Part shown: in pieces, positions 52,934 to 61,132 of the stretch
How positions within the stretch are numbered: position 1 is the first letter of the stretch
Layout: each line of letters starts with the position of its first letter
Made by a program: the position numbers and the translations under genes
Source of the DNA: a virus
Direction: 5' to 3' (one strand)
DNA length: 64,000 nt
IMG/VR virus record: IMGVR_UViG_3300010367_000012
Location: 20,856-84,855 of that record
The notes under the pieces: model-generated
Database searches by the model: none
Seen by the model: only the letters and a program-made list of their open reading frames with translations
Told to the model about the DNA's origin: nothing

Positions 52934-54616
52934 ATGACTTATTCGCCTATTGCTAAGGGCACAACTAATTGGGATGTGCCCCTTAACTCTGCACTAGCTA
53001 GCTTGGATGCAAACATTACATCCTCTGCTAGTGGCGCACTTCAAAAGGCAAACAACCTTTCAGATCTAACTAATGCTGCACAGGCCCGTGTCAATATCGG
53101 TATGGCTGCCAGTGCAGCCGCAGACGTGTCCGTATATAACGTAAAAGATCATGGGGCAGTCGGTAATGGCGTAGCAGACGATACCTCTGCTCTCCAGTAC
53201 ACTCTAAGCCTTGCATCAGGAAATGGCGGAGGAGTCGTTTACCTTCCGCCTGGCAACTATAAGATCTCTACAGCCTTGACTACCTACAGCAAGGTAACCA
53301 TGTTAGGTGCTGGACCAAACGCTACGACTATTACTCAAGCCAGCACAACCGCTCATGGAATTGTGGGAACGGATCTAACCTTCCCTGCCATCAAGGAACT
53401 TACTCTTACTGGTCCTGGTTCAGGATCAGGTGCGGGAATCAGATTCATTCTGTCTTCCAGTGCAGCTACAGTCTTTCCTACTATTGAGAATGCAATGGTT
53501 CAATCCTTTGGATCTCATGGACTTTCTATTCAGAACTCCATCGTAGGTACCTACTCAAAGGTAATCTCTCAGAACAATGGTGGAGATGGTTTCCATATTG
53601 TCGGACAGACATTCCCTTCCGCTGCTGGAACATCTAGCAACTTCAATGCTTGCTACGCAAACAACAATACGTCTAGTGGTTTTTACCTGTACAACATGGT
53701 TTACTGTGCACTAAGTGCCTGTGCTGCTGATGCTAATGGAACCAACGCTTATCTGTTTGATACCTGTCAGAGTATTTCAGCCCATGGTTGTGGTGCTGAG
53801 TCTCAGGACACTAACTCATTCAAGATCACTGGTGGCTTCGGCATCGGACTTTACAACAACTGGATTTACCAGAACAACGGTATTGGTATTTACGTAACTG
53901 GTAATGCTGGAAGCGTTGTGCTTTCTGGTAACACCGACAACACTCCTGCTGGTGGAGCTACAAACTTCATCAAGGTAGATGCGGGATGTCACGTTGCTCA
54001 AACAATGAATCACAACACCACAGCAAATAGCTTTGCGTCTGGCACAACTAATACTCTTGATGACACTGCTGGTGGAACATCTATTCAGGGATATGCCTTC
54101 TTCAATAATCAGATTGAAGCTGTAGGAAATATCACTTCTGATACTGGAAATCTACAGGCAGCTAATTTCCCTTCTGGTGCATGGACATCGTGGACTCCTA
54201 CATGGACTACAAGCAGCGGTAGCAATACTCCATCATTTGGTAATGCTGTAGTAAGCTGTGCATATACAAAGATTGGTCGCACAGTCTTTTATCGCATGAG
54301 CATTACATTTGGAACTACCACTAACTTTGGTGCTGCTCCTACAACTGGAGATAACTGGTGGTTCTCACTACCATTCACAGCCGCTGTAAACGGTGCTCCT
54401 ATTGGTACATGGTCGGGTCGTCCTGCAAGCTCCACATCTGTCAGAGGTAGCTTAACAGCCGCTTCCAGCGGTACAGTAATGCAGCTAAACATTGATACTG
54501 GTGCGCCTAACGCTGTAGCCATTACTAACGTTGGTGTTGCTGACTCCTTGTCTCCATTCACTTGGGCGAACACTAACGTATTTTCAGCCACTGGTTTCTA
54601 CGAAGCTACTTCTTAA
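52934..54616 (+). CDS. tail spike with a pectate-lyase-like beta helix
   Basis: NVKDHGAVGNGVADDT.AL, GGVVYLPPGNY; repeated beta-helix rungs. Confidence 0.88.
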   Translation: MTYSPIAKGTTNWDVPLNSALASLDANITSSASGALQKANNLSDLTNAAQARVNIGMAASAAADVSVYNVKDHGAVGNGVADDTSALQYTLSLASGNGGGVVYLPPGNYKISTALTTYSKVTMLGAGPNATTITQASTTAHGIVGTDLTFPAIKELTLTGPGSGSGAGIRFILSSSAATVFPTIENAMVQSFGSHGLSIQNSIVGTYSKVISQNNGGDGFHIVGQTFPSAAGTSSNFNACYANNNTSSGFYLYNMVYCALSACAADANGTNAYLFDTCQSISAHGCGAESQDTNSFKITGGFGIGLYNNWIYQNNGIGIYVTGNAGSVVLSGNTDNTPAGGATNFIKVDAGCHVAQTMNHNTTANSFASGTTNTLDDTAGGTSIQGYAFFNNQIEAVGNITSDTGNLQAANFPSGAWTSWTPTWTTSSGSNTPSFGNAVVSCAYTKIGRTVFYRMSITFGTTTNFGAAPTTGDNWWFSLPFTAAVNGAPIGTWSGRPASSTSVRGSLTAASSGTVMQLNIDTGAPNAVAITNVGVADSLSPFTWANTNVFSATGFYEATS

Positions 54617-54626
54617 GGAACACTAA

Positions 54627-56801
54627 ATGACTTATTCTCCAATCGCTAAAGGTACTACCAACTGGGACGTACCGCTTAACGCTGCTCTAGCACAAATCGA
54701 TTCCACCGTTACTGGTAATAACAGCAATGCTCTTCAGAGAGCCAATAACCTAAATGATCTAACTAACTTAATTCAGGCCAGAAACAATCTAGGCATCAGC
54801 GCTGGTGTTGTTCAGGGAGTTAACCAGTTCAACGTAAAGGATTATGGAGCTGTAGGAAATAACGTAGCTGATGACACTGCTGCTATAGCTAGCGCAGTTT
54901 CCGCAGCTAATGCCACAGGTGGAATCGTATACTTCCCACCAGGTAAATATCTAATCAATAGTGGAACCGGTTTTTCTGCTGGTACTTCTGGCGTAGTTAT
55001 TATGGGATCAGGACCAGAGATCAGTTCAATCGTTATCGGTTCTGGCTTTACTGGAACCAGCCTATTCAGCTTTACCAAGGACAACTCTGGTGTCCGAGAC
55101 ATCAGCATTGACGGAGCCAACCAATCCAGCACTACGTCTAACCCTGTCGCTCATGCGGTAACTGTTACAGGTGCTGGAGCATTCAAGGTAGCCAACACAA
55201 CCTTCACTCGTATCAACGGTTACTGTATTCGCGCTATTGGTACAGCAGCTAACACCTTGCACGGTGGAATGATCTACAACGTGAAGATGCAGAGTTCTGC
55301 TGGTGGAGTTTATATCATCTCCGATAACACAGCCACAGCAGCTAACTTCCTAATCTCGAATCTATTCACTCGATTCATGGGTGTTGCTTCTGGTGGTAGT
55401 GCAAACCTTGACTGTATTCACATTGAAGACTCCTGGGATGTTCTACTTCAGAACTGCTTTACTTGGATGCAGGCTACCCTAGGTGGAACTGGTGCTTCTC
55501 TTCGTGTTAAGGGAAACTGTGCCGCTACCTTTATCCAGAACCTTGACGCTCTAGGTCCACAGACTGGAAATAACGTAGTTATTGAAGATGGTCCTAACGG
55601 ATCTCCTCAGAACGTACAGATCACTGGTGGAGTTATCCAGCAGGGTAACGTAGGTCTTCTGATCACTGGTGGAGCTACACAGATTCGTGTTAGCACAATG
55701 CGTATTATCAGCAACCAGACACATGGTGTTTCTATAACTGGAACTGGTGTTGCGATTAACATTGAGCGTAGCTTCTTCTCGCTTAATGGTAATGGTGCAA
55801 CTGGAACTAACTATGATGTGAACTGGTCAGGTACAGCTACTGGTTGGATTACTTCTACTCGTTTCGCTTCACCTATCGTGTCCACAGGTACCGCAGGAGT
55901 TCAGTTCTCTGTCAACGTAGCCGCTGGACAGGCCGTGAAGATCCGTGATGCTGAATTCGCTGGCTCTGGTGCTGCTCAGGCTAACTGGGTTACAGCCTTC
56001 CCCTCAGTCTTTTCACATGCTGAGAGCGGTAACTATGAATCCTTTGGAAACGTAAACTTCAGCTTCTCTGGTGCAGGACGTGTACAGCTTGCTCCATCAG
56101 TTACAACAAACTCTGTTCTATCTACTAACACAAATGGAACAGATGCATTCGACCGCTTCCGTCTAACTGGAGATGGCGCGATTGCAATTGGTCCTGGTAC
56201 AGCTACCAGAGATACCAACTTGTATAGAGAATCTGCGGGAGTACTGAAGACAGATAACAATCTATCCGTTGCAGGTAATGCCCTCGGTATTATCAAGCCG
56301 TCTAATCATGGCTTAGTAGCCTGGACCTTTGATCCTGCAAACGTATCAACAGGTAAAGCTGGAACTGCTGGAACTGTTTATCTAGCTGCTGTACAAGTCA
56401 ACCAGGCAATGACCGCTACTAAGATTCTCTGGGGAATCAATACTCAGGGTGCAACTATCACATCCGGACAGAACTTTGTCGGGCTATACAACTCCGCAGG
56501 ATCACGTCTGGCAACTGTAGGAGTAGACGCACGAGTAACAACCACTGGTATGTTCACTGAAACTATCAGCGTTGCGGTAACACCAGGACTCTACTGGGTA
56601 GCCTTTGTATTCAATGCAACAACAATGCCGCAGGTTTATAGAGGGCAGGATTTGAATGCTACTCTTATGAATGCTGGTATTTCTAGCAATGCTCTATTGC
56701 GCTATGCCACAAATGGTACGAGCCAGACGTCTCTACCATCGTCCATTACCCCCTCTAGCAATGCTTCAGCTCAGTTCGCATACTGGGCAGCGATTGGATA
56801 A
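54627..56801 (+). CDS. second tail spike with a pectate-lyase-like beta helix
   Basis: NVKDYGAVGNNVADDTAAI, GIVYFPPGKY; same N-terminal anchor. Confidence 0.88.
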   Translation: MTYSPIAKGTTNWDVPLNAALAQIDSTVTGNNSNALQRANNLNDLTNLIQARNNLGISAGVVQGVNQFNVKDYGAVGNNVADDTAAIASAVSAANATGGIVYFPPGKYLINSGTGFSAGTSGVVIMGSGPEISSIVIGSGFTGTSLFSFTKDNSGVRDISIDGANQSSTTSNPVAHAVTVTGAGAFKVANTTFTRINGYCIRAIGTAANTLHGGMIYNVKMQSSAGGVYIISDNTATAANFLISNLFTRFMGVASGGSANLDCIHIEDSWDVLLQNCFTWMQATLGGTGASLRVKGNCAATFIQNLDALGPQTGNNVVIEDGPNGSPQNVQITGGVIQQGNVGLLITGGATQIRVSTMRIISNQTHGVSITGTGVAINIERSFFSLNGNGATGTNYDVNWSGTATGWITSTRFASPIVSTGTAGVQFSVNVAAGQAVKIRDAEFAGSGAAQANWVTAFPSVFSHAESGNYESFGNVNFSFSGAGRVQLAPSVTTNSVLSTNTNGTDAFDRFRLTGDGAIAIGPGTATRDTNLYRESAGVLKTDNNLSVAGNALGIIKPSNHGLVAWTFDPANVSTGKAGTAGTVYLAAVQVNQAMTATKILWGINTQGATITSGQNFVGLYNSAGSRLATVGVDARVTTTGMFTETISVAVTPGLYWVAFVFNATTMPQVYRGQDLNATLMNAGISSNALLRYATNGTSQTSLPSSITPSSNASAQFAYWAAIG

Positions 56802-56803
56802 AT

Positions 56804-57424
56804 ATGTGGTTATTCAATGAGGACAAAGCCATGAAGGAGAAGTTCTCTAACCTGGTGGTCACTGATGTAAATGCTCCCGACCAAGGTAGACCTGTACAGG
56901 TTATCTGGCTTGACGCTGATGTTGAATTGACCAACCTTACTTATCCTTCAGTAATTATTGCGAATACTGGAATTTCTTTTGATGCGGAGCGTGCTCATGC
57001 GGGATGGGCACAGCTTCCATATACACCAGAGAATTTCCCTGACTGGATCTCAGATGACAATGAGGATGTAACAACTTCTCCTTACTGGGCTTTCACTCCT
57101 ATCCCGTATAATATTGATTATCAAATAGAAGTGTTATCTAGAAATAATCAGCATTCAACATTTCTCACAGCAGTTCTCGCAGGACCAGACTACTTAAGTA
57201 CTCGTCATGGATATCTAACAATTCCAGAAGACGGTACTATTAGAAGGCTGGACCTTATGGGTGGTCCTGAAAGACAGAACACTCATGACACAGATGGCAA
57301 AAGAATTTTCCATACTGTCTATACCGCGAGAGTTTCAACCGAACTACTTCCTGTCGAAATCAGTACCTACTCTAAGGTTACAAAGGTAGTGGACACTATC
57401 ACTGTTCTACCGCCACAGGTCTAA
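56804..57424 (+). CDS. tail terminator/completion protein
   Basis: 206 aa immediately before the sheath; YPSVII, PYNIDYQIEV. Confidence 0.75.
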   Translation: MWLFNEDKAMKEKFSNLVVTDVNAPDQGRPVQVIWLDADVELTNLTYPSVIIANTGISFDAERAHAGWAQLPYTPENFPDWISDDNEDVTTSPYWAFTPIPYNIDYQIEVLSRNNQHSTFLTAVLAGPDYLSTRHGYLTIPEDGTIRRLDLMGGPERQNTHDTDGKRIFHTVYTARVSTELLPVEISTYSKVTKVVDTITVLPPQV

Positions 57425-57471
57425 TCTATATACTGATAGTAGCCACTACTTTCAATTAGCTAGGAGATCAA

Positions 57472-59373
57472 ATGACTTATCAGCGTCCTGGGGTATACGT
57501 TAATACCTCACTAACTCCATTGTCTACGGGAACAACTTCCCCTGGGCAATCTACGGCTGCCTTTGTAGGAGTTCATACACAGGGACCTACACAGCCCACC
57601 CTTATTACAAACTGGAATGACTTCCTAAACATCTTCGGTGGCTTTGGTAACGGTACTTCTTACTTGCCTTTCGCTGTATGGCAGTACTTCGCTAACAACG
57701 GAAACCAGTGCTACGTAACTCGTGCGGCTGCCTCTGACGCTGTAACAGCCGTTGAGACACTGAATGACCGTGAGGATGGTGTAGGAGCTGTACAGCCTCC
57801 TGCCAACGTAATCGCTACTCCAGCGGGAACTACTACTCCTTCTTACACTTACGAGTACACCGTTACCACAACCACTTCTAGTGGAGAGACTGATGGTGGA
57901 ACTCCGGTAACTGCTGTAGCTAATCAGGTATTGACTTCCACAAATAAGGTAACTCTTTCTTGGACTGCCGCAACTGGAACCATTACTGGATACAAGGTTT
58001 ACCGTAGAAACTTGACTCTTGATGGTCCTACTTCTACACCGCTATTCCTTTCTGCTGTAGCATCACCAACCGTTACCTTTACTGACGATGGTTCTTATAC
58101 TCCTGCTGGAGCTATCCCAACCTTCAACAGCACTGGAACTGCTGTACCTATCCTTAAGCTTTCCTGTGTTGCCGTTGGTGCATGGGGAAACAACATCTAT
58201 GTAGATATCACTAACAGCTCAACTGGAGCTGGACGATTCAACCTACTTGTTCGTTACGGTGGAACTGCTGATTCAAATATCGTTGAGAGATTCCTTGACG
58301 TAACTATGAATCGCACAGACGCTCGTTACGCTGTAGCTATGATCAACTCCACTCTACTGGGATCTAAGTACATTCAGGCTTCTGATCTAGGTACTTACAC
58401 CACATGGAATACAGACATCACTCCACGTCTACAGAGCGCAACCGCTTTGTCTGGTGGATCTGATGGTGTAGCAACTCCTAGCCTTCTAACAGCAACACAG
58501 AGACTAGCAACAATTCAGGGAAACATTGACCTGAATCTTCCAGGTGTAACAGATACCTTGACTCTGAATCCTGTTCTTGCATGGACAGACGCTCAGCCAA
58601 ATATCTTTACCGTTGTAGACGCTCCACAGGCAATCATCGGTTCTGATGGTGTTACTCCTTCTGAGGCAGCAACAGTAAACAATTACCTAGCAATGGTAGT
58701 AGGAAATGCTGAGATCGTTCCTTCTCCACAGGTAGCTGTATACGCTCCTTGGCTACAGGTTCCAGACCCTATCTCTTCTACTCCTGGTGCAACCAGAAAG
58801 CTTCCCCCTGGTGGAGCTGTCCTAGGTCTTTACTCTCAGACTGACGCTCAGTACGGAGTACAGAAGTCTCCTGCTGGAGTAACCATTCCAGTTCAGAGAG
58901 TTGCTGGAGTAGAGCTGCCATTCCAGAATTCAAATCTAGATACACTAAATACAAATGGTGTTAACATTATTCGTAACGTATCTAGCTATGGTTTCTGTGT
59001 AATGGGTGCAAGAACACTTCTACCTAATCAGCCTAACCGCTATGTCGCTATCCAGCGTACCTTGATGAGCATTACCGAAACGCTGCAAGACATTACTCAG
59101 GTAGCTATTTTCGAGAACAACAATTCAGCCCTTTGGTCAAAGCTAGGAGCTATTGTTACTCAGTACCTACAGGGAATTTGGCAGCAAGGTGTTCTTCAGG
59201 GTGACACTGCTGACGCAGCCTACTTCGTACAGTGTGACGCTGGAAACAATACGCCTACATCAATTGCTTCTGGTGAAGTTCACGTTCAGGTTGGATTGGC
59301 TTTGAATAGTCCTGCTGAGTTCATCGTTATCGATATCAACCAGATGGCCTCTTCATCAACCACTTCATCATAA
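57472..59373 (+). CDS. tail sheath protein
   Basis: MTYQRPGVYV, AFVG...GP, AVYAPWL, PPGGAVLG, SPAG, GARTL, IFENNN..LW, VGLALNSPAEFIVI. Confidence 0.95.
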   Translation: MTYQRPGVYVNTSLTPLSTGTTSPGQSTAAFVGVHTQGPTQPTLITNWNDFLNIFGGFGNGTSYLPFAVWQYFANNGNQCYVTRAAASDAVTAVETLNDREDGVGAVQPPANVIATPAGTTTPSYTYEYTVTTTTSSGETDGGTPVTAVANQVLTSTNKVTLSWTAATGTITGYKVYRRNLTLDGPTSTPLFLSAVASPTVTFTDDGSYTPAGAIPTFNSTGTAVPILKLSCVAVGAWGNNIYVDITNSSTGAGRFNLLVRYGGTADSNIVERFLDVTMNRTDARYAVAMINSTLLGSKYIQASDLGTYTTWNTDITPRLQSATALSGGSDGVATPSLLTATQRLATIQGNIDLNLPGVTDTLTLNPVLAWTDAQPNIFTVVDAPQAIIGSDGVTPSEAATVNNYLAMVVGNAEIVPSPQVAVYAPWLQVPDPISSTPGATRKLPPGGAVLGLYSQTDAQYGVQKSPAGVTIPVQRVAGVELPFQNSNLDTLNTNGVNIIRNVSSYGFCVMGARTLLPNQPNRYVAIQRTLMSITETLQDITQVAIFENNNSALWSKLGAIVTQYLQGIWQQGVLQGDTADAAYFVQCDAGNNTPTSIASGEVHVQVGLALNSPAEFIVIDINQMASSSTTSS

Positions 59374-59384
59374 GGAGTAACTAA

Positions 59385-59963
59385 ATGGCTACGTCTCACG
59401 CGTCTCCGCTAGCCAAGGCAACGCCCTCTATTGCCCACTTGGCTACAGACCCACTAAGAAATTTCAAGTTTAATGTAAATATCATGCACCCCCGCCTTAC
59501 TGGATTTGCTACTCTGGGATTCATGACCGTTTCCGGTTTGAATATCACCACTGAAGTAATTCCATATCGTGAGGGTGGAATGAATACCACTACACAGAAG
59601 ATGCCCGGACAGTCCGATTTCGCACCTATCACCCTATCTCAGGGGGTTGCTGTCGGTTCGGGTCCTATGTGGAAGTGGATGAAGGAACTCTTTACAGTTC
59701 AACAGGGAACTGGTACAGGTGATCCTGGTAAGGACTTCCGCGCAACTGTAGACATCATGGTGCTTGACCACCCTGTAACTACTTCTACTGTTCCTGTTAA
59801 GGCTATCTATCGCGTCTATAACGCATGGCCAACAAGCATTGCATTCTCTGACCTAGACGCTGGAGCCAATGCGGTTCTTATGCAGCAGCTTTCCCTAGCT
59901 CATGAGGGCTTTGACTTTAAGCTTGCTACAAGCACAGGTCTAAACGGAGTTACCTTTAACTAG
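59385..59963 (+). CDS. tail tube protein (T4 gp19-like)
   Basis: DPLRNFKF, GF.TVSGL, YREGG, ITLSQG, NAWPTS, L.HEG. Confidence 0.93.
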   Translation: MATSHASPLAKATPSIAHLATDPLRNFKFNVNIMHPRLTGFATLGFMTVSGLNITTEVIPYREGGMNTTTQKMPGQSDFAPITLSQGVAVGSGPMWKWMKELFTVQQGTGTGDPGKDFRATVDIMVLDHPVTTSTVPVKAIYRVYNAWPTSIAFSDLDAGANAVLMQQLSLAHEGFDFKLATSTGLNGVTFN

Positions 59964-60007
59964 GATAGAATGAGTACTAATCTTTCGTGACAATATTTGG
60001 AGAACGT

Positions 60008-60868
60008 ATGGAACACCAGATGCCTCAGTATTCAATGTCCTTCGATGACGATCAGGGGCAGGTAGTAAATGACAGCACAGATATCAATTCGTTAACGAAG
60101 AAGGTATTGCAGTCAATGAACTCTGCTCCTGTCATTGACGAACTTCCTGATACCTACGTAACACTTCCTGCTGGAATTGTCGTAGATGGAAGAGTGGATA
60201 ACAGTGCTGAAGTTCGTGAATTAACTGGTGAGCACGAGGAGAAGTTGGCTAAGGCTCGTCTGTCTAATAACGCAGCCAAGTATGTCAATACTCTTCTACA
60301 GTGTGGAACAGTTTCTATTGGTGGACAAGAAGCCACCCCAGCACTTCTAGACTCTCTGCTTCAGGGAGATCTGGATATGCTTATGCTCGCTATTCGCAGA
60401 GCAACCTTCGGTGAGGAATTTGAAGTCTATGAAGTAGAGTGTCCTCACTGCCAGGAACTAAATGATCTAGAGCTTAACCTTAAGGACATTCCCGTACAAA
60501 AGTTAGAGGACCCCGAGACTCGGGAGTTTCTTATAGATCTTCGTAAGGGTAGACAAGCTAAGATCAAGTTCCCGACAGGTGCAGTTCAGAATGAGATCTT
60601 CAAGAACAACCTAACCATTCCAGAGATGAACTCTCTTACTCTTGCCGAGTGTGTTATTTCCTTTATCGAAAAGGATGGCACTGAGCTGAAGTCAACTGGT
60701 CTGGCAGATGTAAAGAAGCTAGGTCTAGCTGACAGAAAGACTCTTCAGGAATACATCTATGATAATCAGCCCGGACCACGATACGATCAGGTTACTGCCC
60801 TGTGTGCATCGTGCGAAGGAGAGGTTCCTGTCCCGCTAAATGTGGGTATCCTATTTCGTGAACTCTGA
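60008..60868 (+). CDS. tail assembly chaperone / baseplate hub (T4 gp26-like)
   Basis: VRELTGEHEE, GDLDMLMLAIRRATFG, CPHC, CASC; ATG 60008 after GGAG. Confidence 0.8.
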   Translation: MEHQMPQYSMSFDDDQGQVVNDSTDINSLTKKVLQSMNSAPVIDELPDTYVTLPAGIVVDGRVDNSAEVRELTGEHEEKLAKARLSNNAAKYVNTLLQCGTVSIGGQEATPALLDSLLQGDLDMLMLAIRRATFGEEFEVYEVECPHCQELNDLELNLKDIPVQKLEDPETREFLIDLRKGRQAKIKFPTGAVQNEIFKNNLTIPEMNSLTLAECVISFIEKDGTELKSTGLADVKKLGLADRKTLQEYIYDNQPGPRYDQVTALCASCEGEVPVPLNVGILFREL

Positions 60869-61094
60869 TTACAAAATACTGTATAAAGAATATGAGCAGT
60901 TAACAGACGCATTCCATTGGCCTGTTTCAGAATCTCGTCAATTGACTTATAGGGAAAGAAAGCATTGGATTAAGAGATACTTGTATAAGCTGGAGCAGGA
61001 ATACGAGCGAATGCACCAAGCTAATAACTCAACACAAGTCACCATGAGATCCGTAGGACAAGGTGTTACTTTCGGTGGAATGCCTTATAGGTAA
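60840..61094 (+). CDS. small tail assembly chaperone partner
   Basis: LYKEYEQL...HW..SE...L...ERKHW; overlaps the previous gene by 29 nt. Confidence 0.7.
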   Translation: MWVSYFVNSDYKILYKEYEQLTDAFHWPVSESRQLTYRERKHWIKRYLYKLEQEYERMHQANNSTQVTMRSVGQGVTFGGMPYR

Positions 61095-61132
61095 TATAAT
61101 GAAAGTAACAACTTGACATTAGGAGACCTCAA

